Made by a program: the position numbers and the translations under genes. Positions 24,081 through 36,915 of a DNA stretch of 64,000 nt are shown one piece after another (position 1 is the first letter of the stretch; each line of letters starts with the position of its first letter). Origin of the DNA: Heterodontus francisci (Eukaryota); NCBI RefSeq assembly GCF_036365525.1, contig NC_090404.1, forward strand, positions 8,928,001 through 8,992,000, given 5' to 3'. The notes under the pieces were generated by a model. The model was given only the letters and a program-made list of their open reading frames with translations. It searched no databases and was not told the DNA's origin.

Positions 24081-27000
24081 GAAATTGGAGGGAGGGGGAA
24101 GGAGAGTCAGTATGAAATTGGAGGGAGTGGGGGAAGGAGAGTCAGTATGAAATTGGAGTGAGGTGGAAGGAGTGTCAGTGTGAAATTGGTGGGAGGTGGA
24201 AGGAGTGTCAGTATGAAATTGGAGGGAGGGGGAAGGAGTGTCAGTATGAAATTGGAGGGAGGGGGAAGGAGTGTCAGTATGAAATTGGAGGGAGGGGGAA
24301 GGAGTGTCAGTATGAAATTGGAGGGAGGGGGAAGGAGAGTCAGTGTGAAATTGGAGGGAGGGGGAAGGAGTGTCAGTGTGAAATTGGAGGGAGGGGGAAG
24401 GAGTGTCAGTGTGAAATTGGTGGGAGGTGGAAGGAGAGTCAGTATGAAATTGGAGGGAGTGGGGGAAGGAGAGTCAGTATGAAATTGGAGGGAGTGGGGG
24501 AAGGAGTGTCAGTGTGAAATTGGAGGGAGGTGGAAGGAGTGTCAGTATGAAATTGGAGGGAGGGGAAGGAGTGTCAGTATGAAATTGGAGGGAGGGGGAA
24601 GGAGTGTCAGTATGAAATTGGAGGGAGTGGGGGAAGGAGTGTCAGTGTGAAATTGGTGGGAGGTGGAAGGAGTGTCAGTATGAAATTGGAGGGAGGAGGA
24701 AGGAGTGTCAGTATGAAATTGGAGGGAGTGGGGGAAGGAGTGTCAGTATGAAATTGGAGGGAGTGGGGGAAGGAGTGTCAGTATGAAATTGGTGGGAGGT
24801 GGAAGGAGAGTCAGTATGAAATTGGAGGGAGGTGGAAGGAGTGTCAGTATGAAATTGGAGGGAGGTGGAAGGAGTGTCAGTGTGAAATTGGTGGGAGGTG
24901 GAAGGAGAGTCAGTATGAAATTGGAGGGAGGTGGAAGGAGTGTCAGTATGAAATTGGAGGGAGGTGGAAGGAGTGTCAGTGTGAAATTGGTGGGAGGTGA
25001 AAGGAGAATCAGTATGAAATTGGAGGGAGGAGGAAGGAGTGTCAGTATGAAATTGGAGGGAGGAGGAAGGAGTGTCAGTATGAAATTGGAGGGAGGTGGA
25101 AGGAGTGTCAGTGTGAAATTGGTGGGAGGTGGAAGGAGTGTCAGTATGAAATTGGAGGGAGGGGGAAGGAGTGTCAGTATGAAATTGGAGGGAGGGGGAA
25201 GGAGTGTCAGTATGAAATTGGAGGGAGGGGGAAGGAGAGTCAGTATGAAATTGGAGTGAGGTGGAAGGAGTGTCAGTATGAAATTGGAGTGAGGTGGAAG
25301 GAGTGTCAGTGTGAAATTGGTGGGAGGTGGAAGGAGTGTCAGTATGAAATTGGAGGGAGGGGGAAGGAGTGTCAGTATGAAATTGGAGGGAGGGGGAAGG
25401 AGTGTCAGTATGAAATTGGAGGGAGTGGGTGAAGGAGTGTCAGTGTGAAATTGGAGGGAGGTGGAAGGAGTGTCAGTGTGAAATTGGTGGGAGGTGGAAG
25501 GAGAGTCAGTATGAAATTGGAGGGAGGTGGAAGGAGTGTCAGTATGAAATTGGAGGGAGGTGGAAGGAGTGTCAGTATGAAATTGGAGGGAGGGGGAAGG
25601 AGTGTCAGTATGAAATTGGAGGGAGGGGGAAGGAGTGTCAGTGTGAAATTGGAGGGAGGTGGAAGGAGTGTCAGTATGAAATTGGAGGGAGGTGGAAGGA
25701 GTGTCAGTATGAAATTGGAGGGAGGTGGAAGGAGAGTCAGTGTGAAATTGGTGGGAGGTGGAAGGAGTGTCAGTATGAAATTGGAGGGAGGGGGAAGGAG
25801 TGTCAGTATGAAATTGGAGGGAGGGGGAAGGAGTGTCAGTATGAAATTGGAGGGAGGGGGAAGGAGTGTCAGTATGAAATTGGAGGGAGGGGGAAGGAGT
25901 GTCAGTATGAAATTGGAGGGAGGAGGAAGGAGTGTCAGTGTGAAATTGGAGGGAGGTGGAAGGAGTGTCAGTATGAAATTGGAGGGAGGTGGAAGGAGTG
26001 TCAGTATGAAATTGGAGGGAGGTGGAAGGAGAGTCAGTGTGAAATTGGTGGGAGGTGGAAGGAGTGTCAGTATGAAATTGGAGGGAGGGGGAAGGAGTGT
26101 CAGTATGAAATTGGAGGGAGGGGGAAGGAGTGTCAGTATGAAATTGGAGGGAGGGGGAAGGAGAGTCAGTATGAAATTGGAGTGAGGTGGAAGGAGTGTC
26201 AGTATGAAATTGGAGGGAGTGGGTGAAGGAGTGTCAGTGTGAAATTGGAGGGAGGTGGAAGGAGTGTCAGTGTGAAATTGGTGGGAGGTGGAAGGAGAGT
26301 CAGTATGAAATTGGAGGGAGGTGGAAGGAGTGTCAGTATGAAATTGGAGGGAGGTGGAAGGAGTGTCAGTATGAAATTGGAGGGAGGGGGAAGGAGTGTC
26401 AGTATGAAATTGGAGGGAGGGGGAAGGAGTGTCAGTGTGAAATTGGAGTGAGGTGGAAGGAGTGTCAGTATGAAATTGGAGGGAGGTGGAAGGAGTGTCA
26501 GTATGAAATTGGAGGGAGGTGGAAGGAGAGTCAGTATGAAATTGGAGGGAGTGGGGGAAGGAGTGTCAGTGTGAAATTGGAGGGAGGTGGAAGGAGAGTC
26601 AGTATGAAATTGGAGGGAGGTGGAAGGAGAGTCAGTATGAAATTGGAGGGAGGGGGAAGGAGAGTCAGTATGAAATTGGAGGGAGGGGGAAGGAGTGTCA
26701 GTATGAAATTGGAGGGAGGGGGTAGGAGAGTCAGTATGAAATTGGAGTGAGGTGGAAGGAGTGTCAGTATGAAATTGGAGGGAGTGGGTGAAGGAGTGTC
26801 AGTGTGAAATTGGAGGGAGGTGGAAGGAGTGTCAGTGTGAAATTGGTGGGAGGTGGAAGGAGAGTCAGTATGAAATTGGAGGGAGGTGGAAGGAGTGTCA
26901 GTATGAAATTGGAGGGAGGTGGAAGGAGTGTCAGTATGAAATTGGAGGGAGGGGGAAGGAGTGTCAGTATGAAATTGGAGGGAGGGGGAAGGAGTGTCAG

Positions 27001-28587
27001 TGTGAAATTGGAGGGAGGTGGAAGGAGTGTCAGTATGAAATTGGAGGGAGGTGGAAGGAGTGTCAGTATGAAATTGGAGGGAGGTGGAAGGAGAGTCAGT
27101 ATGAAATTGGAGGGAGTGGGGGAAGGAGTGTCAGTGTGAAATTGGAGGGAGGTGGAAGGAGAGTCAGTATGAAATTGGAGGGAGGTGGAAGGAGAGTCAG
27201 TATGAAATTGGAGGGAGGGGGAAGGAGAGTCAGTATGAAATTGGAGGGAGGGGGAAGGAGTGTCAGTATGAAATTGGAGGGAGGGGGTAGGAGAGTCAGT
27301 ATGAAATTGGAGGGAGGTGGAAGGAGAGTCAGTATGAAATTGGCGGGAGTGGGGGAAGGAGTGTCAGTGTGAAATTGGAGGGAGGTGGAAGGAGAGTCAG
27401 TATGAAATTGGAGGGAGGTGGAAGGAGAGTCAGTATGAAATTGGAGGGAGGTGGAAGGAGAGTCAGTATGAAATTGGAGGGAGGTGGAAGGAGAGTCAGT
27501 ATGAAATTGGAGGGAGGGGGAAGGAGAGTCAGTATGAAATTGGAGGGAGGTGGAAGGAGTGTCAGTGTGAAATTGGTGGGAGGTGGAAGGAGAGTCAGTA
27601 TGAAATTGGAGGGAGTGGGGGAAGGAGTGTCAGTATGAAATTGGAGGGAGGGGGAAGGAGTGTCAGTGTGAAATTGGTGGGAGGTGGAAGGAGAGTCACT
27701 ATGAAATTGGAGGGAGTGGGGGAAGGAGTGTCAGTGTGAAATTGGAGGGAGGTGGAAGGAGAGTCAGTATGAAATTGGAGGGAGGTGGAAGGAGAGTCAG
27801 TATGAAATTGGAGGGAGGGGGAAGGAGTGTCAGTATGAAATTGGAGGGAGGGGGAAGGAGAGTCAGTATGAAATTGGAGGGAGTGGGGGAAGGAGTGTCA
27901 GTGTGAAATTGGAGGGAGGTGGAAGGAGAGTCAGTATGAAATTGGATGGAGGGGGAAGGAGTGTCAGTATGAAATTGGAGGGAGGTGGAAGGAGAGTCAG
28001 TGTGAAATTGGAGGGAGGTGGAAGGAGAGTCAGTATGAAATTGGAGGGAGGGGGAAGGAGTGTCAGTATGAAATTGGAGGGAGGGGGAAGGAGTGTCAGT
28101 ATGAAATTGGAGGGAGGGGGAAGGAGTGTCAGTATGAAATTGGAGGGAGGTGGAAGGAGAGTCAGTGTGAAATTGGTGGGAGGTGGAAGGAGAGTCAGTA
28201 TGAAATTGGAGGGAGGGGGAAGGAGTGTCAGTATGAAATTGGAGGGAGGGGGAAGGAGTGTCAGTATGAAATTGGTGGGAGGTGGAAGGAGTGTCAGTAT
28301 GAAAGTGGTGGGAGGTGGAAGGAGAGTCAGTATGAAATTGGAGGGAGGGGGAAGGAGTGTCAGTATGAAATTGGAGGGAGGGGGAAGGAGAGTCAGTATG
28401 AAATTGGAGGGAGGTGGAAGGAGAGTCAGTATGAAATTGGAGGGAGGGGGAAGGAGTGTCAGTATGAAATTGGAGGGAGGGGGATGGAGTGTCAGTATGA
28501 AAGTGGTGGGAGGTGGAAGGAGAGTCAGTATGAAATTGGAGGGAGGGGGAAGGAGTGTCAGTGCGAAATTGGTGGGAGGGGGAAGGA
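24081..28587 (+). repeat. G-rich minisatellite, 33-bp unit, ~135 copies
   Basis: Unit GAAATTGGAGGGAGG(T/G)GGAAGGAG(T/A)GTCAGT(A/G)T, with occasional 34-bp variants. Confidence 0.98.
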
Positions 28588-29844
28588 TCCACCTTGAATT
28601 GGGGACAGAGGGTGAAGAAAAGGCAACGTTGTTCACAACACTGCTGTGGGCATTGATCTTGTGAATTGGAACTGTGATCAGAACAATGTCTCCTGAAGTT
28701 GACTCAGATTAATATTCCTGTTTTCTTTCCTCCTGAAAATCTCAGGATATATCACAGTTTTCCACAGCCTTACAAACACTTCAACAACTCCCAGTCACAG
28801 CTGACAGTTGAATTATCTGAGGGCTGAAAAGTCTCTCGAAACTCTCTCTCTGTATCGTTGTGATAGATTGGGATCAGACCGATCCCAAACCAACCTTTCT
28901 TCAATTCAATTTTTTCTTGTGTATATATTTCACAGTGACTGTTCAATGTGTATTAATAGATGAATTTATCCATCTGGTTGAGTCACTCCGATCCCCCTTT
29001 ATTTCCCCCGCATCAGTTTGCTCCAATCAGTAAATTTCAGATAACTTGAAGCCCCCCGTTCTGTATTTCTTTGTTTGATATGAATTGTATAAACACCAGG
29101 GTCCCAGCCGAGGTCCCTGCAGAATTCATTTGTCTATTAACAAACCACTTCTAACTTCCAGTTGGTCACTTTGGCTTGAAATAAATAACAGTTCAATTTG
29201 TTCATTGATTGTAAACAAATCACAACCATTCAGCACTCCAATTATCAACAGAAAAAGCAAATCTTACATTAAAAACATTTGATTTCAGTTCAGTGGGTTC
29301 TGATTCTCACTTTACAAGCCGTAAGTGGCATCAGTGATGGAGTTATAAAAATACCCAGCTTATTTCCAGAGTGCAGTCTGAGACTCTGGCCTGGAGTTTC
29401 CTCCCATCAGCACAATCTCACTTCCATCCAAGTCTACACAACGTTTTAAGCTTCGTTAATTGTTTGTGCACAGACTGCACGTCTCTCTCTGTGAAAATCC
29501 CGAGGAATCTCTGGGTCTGGATGTGGTGAACAGGACAATTCAACTACTGCTGGATACAACTGCAATATTATTGCCTTTAAAGCAACCACATTCTGTACAA
29601 CTGAGACCATTGATCTGTGTCCAATTATTTCTGTCAAGTTCCAGTTACTATCCTCCAGTCCTCATGGAAGGTCACACAGTTATACACCTAATGATATCCA
29701 GAATACTGAAACCAATATTGAGGAAAATAAACACAAAGTGACTGCAGGCTCAGTTGAGTTTTAGTAACAATTTCAGTAGTAAATTTTGATGATTTTCACT
29801 GTTTATTTTCACCACTTTATTCAAATACATCAGTTTTTTTTCTT

Positions 29845-30840
29845 TTATTTTTATGTGCCTCCCATGTGCATCTTTCCCGTAACTCCATATTTGAACCTTT
29901 CCAATCAGGTTTCTGTCCCTGCCACAGCACTGAAACAGCTCGAATCCATGTCACAAAGGACATCCTCTGTGACTGTAGGACACCATCCTTCCTCATACTT
30001 CCTGACCTCCCAGTCGACCACACCATCCTCCAACGCCTCTCTCCACTGTCCAGCTGAGTGGGACTGACCTCACTTGGCTCCACTCAGACCTGTCCAATTG
30101 TAGCTAAAGAAGCTGTAGCAATGGCTTCTCTTCTCACCCAAGGATTTATCGATGGCCCCTTCTATCCCTCATCTATCTGCTGTTCCTTGGTGCCATCATC
30201 CGAAGACATGACATCAGGTTCCACATGTACACTGATGACACCCACCTCTACCTCACCACCTCCTCTCTTGACCCCTCCAGTGCTTCTCTGTTGTTGGCTT
30301 GCTTGTCTATTCTAATGCTCTTCCGACTGACCTCCACCCTGCTTAAACTTGAACTCATCCAATCTCTGCTGCCTTTCACCCAACCATCACAAAGTCCCAC
30401 TCACCCATCACTACTGTGCTCGCTGACCTACAATGGCTCCAGGTCCACCAATGTCTCCATTTTAAAATTCTCATCTCGGGTTCAAATCCCTTCAAGGCCT
30501 CACCCCTCCCTATATCTGTAACCTCCTCCAGCCATACAACCCGGAGAACTCTGCATTCCTCCAACTCTGGCCTCTTACACATCCCTCACTCTCTCTGTCC
30601 CATTGCCTGAGCCTTCAGTCATCGGTCTAATCTCTGGAATTCTCTCCTTATACCTCTCTGCCAGTCTCCTTTAAGACCCTCCCAAAAACCTACATCTTTG
30701 ACCAAGCTTTCAGTCAGCCCTCCTAATATCCCCTTCTTTAGTTCAGTGTCAGTTTTTGTCTGCTTTGTTAGTTTAAGCTTGAGATGCACCTTGGGACACT
30801 TTCCTACCTTAAAGGTGCAATGTAGATGACAGCTGTTTTT
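29845..30840 (+). mobile_element. L2-like LINE remnants
   Basis: FEPFQSGFCPCHSTETA, YTDDTHLYL and LADLQWL motifs; L2-type 3' tail. Confidence 0.75.
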
Positions 30841-31296
30841 AAAATCACAATACAACAGACTGGGGAAGCTGGTATTAAAATAATATCTGGGTACACGGAG
30901 TTAGGTTGCAGATCAGCCATGATCTCATTGAATGGCAGAACAGGCTCGAGGGGCTAAATGGCCGATTCCTGTTCCTATGTCCCAAATAAACTTGGACTCA
31001 AACACAGCTGATGAATGGGAAGTCATGGGAGAACTGGGGAGAAGGCAGTGCAACAGGAAATCAGCATTTGGACAGAGTTAGAGAGTTGAGGAAGTCTGGG
31101 GAGAGAGTACATTGGCACTAGAGGAGGCCATTCAGTCCATCAAGCCTGATGCACCATCCAATTAGATCCTGCCTGATCAATTAATCTCACCTCCTGTGAC
31201 ATTTATCCACAATATTAGCCCTATAAAATGGCTTGGCATTTATCAACAGAAACAAACCTCAACTTTCAGAATGAGCAGGTTCAGTTCTGGATGTGA

Positions 31297-32259
31297 TTAA
31301 CAGCAGTAACAACAGCAGAATCCAACCCTTGCAGTCACTTGTGAACGCACTGGTATGTCAGCAAGTGGGATAACTGAGTGAATCTCTTTCCCACACACTG
31401 AGCAAGTGAATGGCCACTCCCTGGTGTAAATTCGCTGGTGTCGCAAAAGGTTGGATGCTCCAGTGAATCCCTTCCCACTCACTGAGCAGGTGAATAGCTT
31501 CTCCCCAGGTGAATTCTCTGGTGTCTCAGCAGGGTGGACGACTGATTAAATCCCTTTTCACAAATGGAGCAGGTGAATGGCCTCTCCCCAGTGTGAATGC
31601 GCTGGTGTCTCAAAAGGTTGGATGCTTCAGAGAATCCCTTCTTACACACTGAGCAGGTGAATGGCCTCTCCCCAGTGTGAACTCGCAGGTGTTTCAGCAG
31701 GTGAGATGACTGAGTGAATCCCTTATTACACACTGAGCAGGTGAATGGCCTCTCCCCAGTGTGAATGCGCTGGTGTGTCAGCAGGTGGGATGACTGAGGG
31801 AATCCCTTATTACACACGGAGCAGGTGAATGGCCTCTCTCCTGTGTGAATGCGCTGGTGTCTCAAAAGGTTGGATGCTTCAGAGAATCCCTTCTTACACA
31901 CTGAGCAGGTGAATGGCCTCTCCCCAGTGTGAATGTGCTGGTGTGTCAGCAGGTGGGATGACTGAGTGAATCCCTTCTCACACACAGAGCAGGTGAACAG
32001 CTTCTCCCTGGTGTGACAGCGCTGATTATTTTCCCACTTGGACAGGCAACTGAATCCCTTCTCACAATCCCCACATTTCCATGGTTTCTCCATGGTGTGT
32101 GTGTCCAGATGTTTCCCCAGGTTGAATGATAAGTTGAAGCCTCGTCCAGACACAGTACACGTGTACGGTTTTTTCCCCACCGTGAATGATGTGATGCTTT
32201 TTCAGGCTATATAAATGGTTAAAGCTCTTTCCACAGTCAGTGCACTGGAGCACACTCAT
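31297..32259 (-). pseudogene. C2H2 zinc-finger gene, no KRAB seen; frameshifted at both ends, core ORF from MEKPWKC (32093-31479) open
   Basis: Tandem CxxC..HxxxH fingers with TGERPFTC linkers. There is a +1 shift in an A-run near 32170 and a -1 shift near 31508. Confidence 0.85.
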
Positions 32260-32458
32260 TCAGGTGTGTGCACGTGTGGCTCAGTGTTTTTCCAGTCACA
32301 CGGATGTTTGAAAGCTTTTCCCACAGACTGACCAAACATTTCTCCTTCCACATTCAAAGGCTGAAGATAGTCAAGTCCTAATGAATCGAATAACTGTCAG
32401 ATCTTGACGTGATGTTTGATTTGAATTTCTTAACGGCAAAATATTCCCTTCCAATCCC

Positions 32459-33150
32459 CTGTAAAAGGAATTTGCAAAAATCATCACTGTCAGTACAGGA
32501 TAGAAATTCAGAACAATTTAGTTTCCATGGAACATTTATTTTCCTCTCTTGTTCCCCCAAAGCTGTAAATCCCTGTCCCACACACTCTCCCTCCTCCCTG
32601 TGCTGAAATCCAAACCCATCGCAGCATCTGCACCATTTCTTTCCTCCACTACCAGTTTTCTCCCTCCCTCTACTCTGTCTGGGTTCAGTTCTCCAACCCC
32701 TGTCTGCAGAGTGAGAATCAATGATTTTCTCTCCTGGTCACTGGGACCCTGAAACCCCGCCCACTCTATGTCGTCACCAAGATGGCCGCGCATACACTCT
32801 GCTCCGCACTCAACCAAGATGGCGATCGTTTACCTGGGCCTGTTCCCAGGAAAAAGACTCGAAATAGCAAACGCGCGAGGCCTAAAAGTTCTTATTCGGG
32901 GCTTGCGGCCTACACCAGCTGTTTCTGAAGTCGCCCCACCCACCCGTCGGCTCTCTCCCTCCCCTGCGCCCCGCCGACTCTCACCTGCTACACAAGCGCC
33001 TCCAGCACTCGCACAGCTCTGATCAAAGTGATGCTGCGCATGCTCCAGATAGAGTTCCGCCATCGCGCCTGCGCTCTAGGCTCCTGTCGAGTGAATAGGG
33101 CACGTTCACTTCCGTGGGGAACGCTGGGTAACATCAGCCGTGCTGATTGG
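32459..33150 (-). promoter_or_regulatory. CpG-rich promoter, non-coding exon 1 and intron (32833-32459) of the ZNF gene
   Basis: CpG-rich. YY1-like CAAGATGGC at 32778 and 32815, NRF1-like TGCGCATGC near 33036, GC box, CCAAT, donor CAG|GTAAAC and acceptor CCTTTTACAG. Confidence 0.6.
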
Positions 33151-33499
33151 CAAATAAATCTCTCTGATCCTATTGAGATGAAATTCATGAAAAATTCAAT
33201 CAGAAATCAAATTCCAGAGTTCTCTGGTATGCTGCAGTCCCGGATGTGATTAATTCAGCCGAATCTAATCCCTGCAGTTCACAGGTGAACTCACTGGTGT
33301 CTCAGCAATTGAATCACGGAATTGTTACAGCACAGGAGGAGGGCATTCGGTTCCAGCTCCTCTCATGAGCTTTTCCCTCTCCAAGTAAAACTCCATCTAC
33401 ACTGCACCATAAACACTCCCAGACCAGGTAAAATATGGGTTAGATACAGAGTAAAGCTCCCTCTACACTGTCCCCATCAAAAATTCCCAGCAGGCTTTG

Positions 33500-35325
33500 G
33501 GAGTCTGGTTACTTGGCGTTGCAGTGATGTCATAAAGCAACGCCATTCAGCCCAGCTGGTCCTCTCCTTGGCCCTTAAAGGCAGACAGCTGAGATATCCT
33601 GTCTCAAAATAAATCCCACCTATTCATACTGAGAATCCCAGGATAGAGAGCTGGGACATCCTGTCTCAAAAGGCAGCCCACCTGTTCATACTGAGAATCT
33701 CAGGGAAGGGTCAAGGCCCATAATAAAGAACATGACCAACGCAGCAGGGGTGGGGGCTGTGCGGTAAAGACAAGGCGACATGGTGCACTGTGGGAGGTGA
33801 AGGAGGAGGCTGCAAATTCCCAGGGGCAGATCAGACAAAGTGCTTTGATTGGTGGGTCCAGCAGTGAACCTGAAACCAAACCAAAGGGATCACATAAAAA
33901 TCCAGTCCAAGAGATTGGATTGGAATGCACATCCTGCGGTATGTGGAAAGTCATGGACGCATCACATGTCCTGGATGAACACATCTGCAGGAAGTGTCAC
34001 CCGCTGCAGAAGTTTGGGCTCCAGGTTTTGGAACTTGAGCGGCAGCTGGAACCACTGTTGTGCATCCACGAGGTGGAGGACTACATGGATAGCATGTTTA
34101 GGGAGGTGGTCGCACCACAGGCTAGGAACATGCAGGCAGATAGGGAATGCATGACCACAAGGCAGTCTAATACAACCAGGCAGGTAGTGCAGGAGTCCCC
34201 TGAGACGATCTCACTTGCTAATCAGTTTTCCATTTTGGATACTGGTGAGGGTGATGGTTCCTCAGAAGAGTGCAGTCAGAGCCAAGTTTGTGGCACCACA
34301 GCACTCAGATTCACAGGAGGGGAGGCAGAGAAGTGGAAGAACGGTAGTGATAGGAGATTCGTTAGTTAGGAGAACAGACTGGCGTTTCTGCGGCAGTAAA
34401 CGTGACTCCAGGATGGTGTGTTGCCTCCCTGGTGCCAGGGCCAAGGATGTCATGGAGCAGCTGCAGGACTTTCTTTAAGGGAGTGTGAACAGCCAGACGC
34501 CGTGGTCCACATCAGTACCAATGACATGGGTAAGAAGGGAGATGAGGTCCTAAAAGCAGATTTCAGGGAGATTAAGAAGCAGGACCTCAAAAGCAGTAAT
34601 CTCAGGATGCACGTGCAAGTGAACATAAGATTAGGAGAACTGAGCGATTGAACACGTGGCTGGAGAACTGGTTTAGGAGGGAGGGCATCAGATTTCTGAG
34701 ACATTGAGACCAGTTCTGGGGCATGTGGGACCTGTACAAGATGGAGGGGTTACATCTTGGCAGGACTGGGCCAAATGTCCTCGCAGGCAGATTTGCTGGT
34801 GCTGTTGGGGACGGTTTAAACTCAATTGTCGGGGGTGGGGGTGGGGAACCTAAGAGGGAACTCAGATTGGAGGGAAGCAAAACTTGTAACTTGTCAGGGG
34901 TGTGGGAACCAGGAGCAAGTATTAGAGAGGAATGCCAAGATGCATAGGATACTGGGGGAGATAGACAGCACGAGAGTAGGGAATAGAACATTATCAGGTG
35001 GGGGCAGAGTAAGGAAGAAAGTAATAAAGTCTGAATCAGGGTTAATGTGCATGTATGTGAATGCACGGAGTGTTAATAAGATTGGTGAGGTACAGGCACA
35101 GATTGCACTGTGGAAATATGATGTTGTGGCTATAACAGAGACCTGGCTCAAAGAAGGGCATTAAATATTCCTGGATATAAGGTGCTCAGGAAAGATATGA
35201 ACGGGAAAAAAGGGGAGGGGTGCTGGTATTCATTAAGGAGAGCACTGCAGTGCTGGAGAAAAAGGATGTCCCTGAGGGGTCACGGACAGAATGAATTTGG
35301 CTAGAGTTAAGGAACAAAATGTTCA
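33500..35325 (+). mobile_element. CR1 LINE 5' portion (5'UTR with 2x ~60-bp repeat, ORF1, start of ORF2)
   Basis: ORF1 CxxC-zinc/coiled coil (CTSCGMW..HICRKC), esterase VVIGDS, and endonuclease YVNARS..YDVVAITETW. Confidence 0.85.
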
Positions 35326-35478
35326 GTCCGGCTGGCTGTAGCATGCCTAATCGGTAGATGAGGTGCTGTTCCTCAACGTTGCGATGATGTTCACTGGAAC
35401 ACTGCAGCAATCCCAGGACAGAGATGTGAGCATGAGAGCATAAGCATGAGTGAGTTTGTGTCTGTCTGTTGTGTGTGT

Positions 35479-35774
35479 CTGAACCGTGTTGTGGGACTGT
35501 GTGAGTTTGTGTTTGTCTCTGAACCGTGTTGTGGGACTGTGTGAGTTTGTGCCTGTCGCTGAACCGTGTTATGGGACTGTGAGTTTGTGTGTGTTACTGA
35601 ACTGTGTTGTGGGACTGTGTGAGTTTGTGTGTGTCACTGAACTGTGTTGTGGGACTGTGTGAGTTTGTGTATGTCACTGAACTGTGTTGTGGGACTGTGT
35701 GAGTTTGTGTGTGTTACTGAACTGTGTTGTGGGACTGTGTGAGTTTGTGCCTGTCGCTGAACCGTGTTGTGGGA
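35479..35774. repeat. 40-bp minisatellite, ~7.5 copies
   Basis: Unit CTGAAC(C/T)GTGTTGTGGGACTGTGTGAGTTTGTGTGTGTCA. Confidence 0.95.
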
Positions 35775-36915
35775 ATGTTGAGAGTGGCTGTGTGTATCTG
35801 GACCATATTAATGCCTTCCCCGGGGTTGGGCTTTTATGGCAACCCCTCGCTACCCCACTGCCGCGATTTCCCGCCAGACATGGTACAATTGTGTGAACCT
35901 GCCGCCTGTTTCACATCTCTGCACTGTTTTTACATCAACGCGAGTAAAACTTGGGAGAGATGAAAAACAGGATCCTGGTTCATTATCACCTGTACAACAC
36001 CGAGTCCAAATCTCCCCCAGTGAAAGGCACTGAGACACAGAAACCAGAGATCCAGGGAGAAGGACAGAACTGAGTGAGAGAGAAATAAACCGAGGAAGGG
36101 AGGAACCAGTAATAGGAACTGAGAGCAGTAGGCAGAGATACCGAGAAACTGAGAGAGGGAAAGGCTGGCAGAGTTGTAGAGAGAGAGAAGAGAGATTAAG
36201 AACTTGTAGAAATATAGAGAGGCAGAGTATTAAAGAATGTCGAGAGATAGAGACACAGAGATATGAAGACTGTCGAAAGATAGAGACACAGGGATATAAA
36301 GAAATACTTGGAGATGCTGAGATACGAACAGCCAGGGAGGTGCAGAGATAAAGTTGCAGGAAGAGATGGAGAGGGTGAAATATACAGGTTACATTGGGGA
36401 CTCTGGAGCAGCGGTTCTCACCTTTGTGTTTCTGAGGGCCCCCTCCCCTTTATTGTAAAAATATCTCAAAACCCCTAAAACCTTTGTAAGTAAGAATGAG
36501 TGACACAGAGAAACATATATCTTTATTATTCCCCTCTGGAAGAAGCTCTTGTCCAAGGATTCCTTTTGCCAAAACACACTCTCTCTGCATCGACATGTTG
36601 CAGTTTCTAAAAGATCTGGAGAGAGAGAGAAATAAAACCTTAATGAAAACAAAGTAAAGACTTATTTAAATAAAAGACATAGCAAGATCCCAGGACTCCT
36701 TTTCTCTCTGTCACTCACTGACACGAGCAATCTCAGCAACACCATTCATATATTGCCTGCTTTAAACAGGGAACAGATTTGAATTGCGAGAGGAGCTATT
36801 AGTTGCTGAGATCTTGCTCATTGTCATGTTAATCCAGGTACCATGGCTGCTTTGAGCAGAGACATTCCAGGGAGCTTCTTTTTGATGATCTGTGATCTTA
36901 TCTCGACAAGGTCAT

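Larger units (their letters stand above)
11445..24083 (+). repeat. Second copy of tandem segmental duplication (matches 1-8254)
   Basis: Near-identical colinear sequence: 1=11445, 4989=16818, 8068=19899, 8254=24083. Copy 1 lacks ~14153-14520 and ~19900-23895. Confidence 0.97.

Noticed and set aside
24081-28587. CRISPR-like or Ig switch region interpretation
   Set aside because: No unique spacers, the context is eukaryotic, and there are no AGCT/WGCW clusters or C exons nearby.
24158-28664. Long repetitive ORFs (MKLEGGGRSVS, KECQYEIGGRW)
   Set aside because: Artefacts of a 33-bp unit divisible by three. They are open in several frames and on both strands, and broken by 34-bp variants.
28931-28937. 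Isolated CACAGTG
   Set aside because: No nonamer at the proper spacing and no V-like coding sequence upstream.
29340-29720. Exon-like minus-strand stretch (also 36420-36615 and 52100-52420)
   Set aside because: Splice-like signals are present but no recognisable protein similarity, so I cannot support a call.
33523-33532. AGTGATGTCA, matching the TCR V-beta promoter decamer
   Set aside because: It lies in the apparent CR1 5'UTR and no V gene follows.
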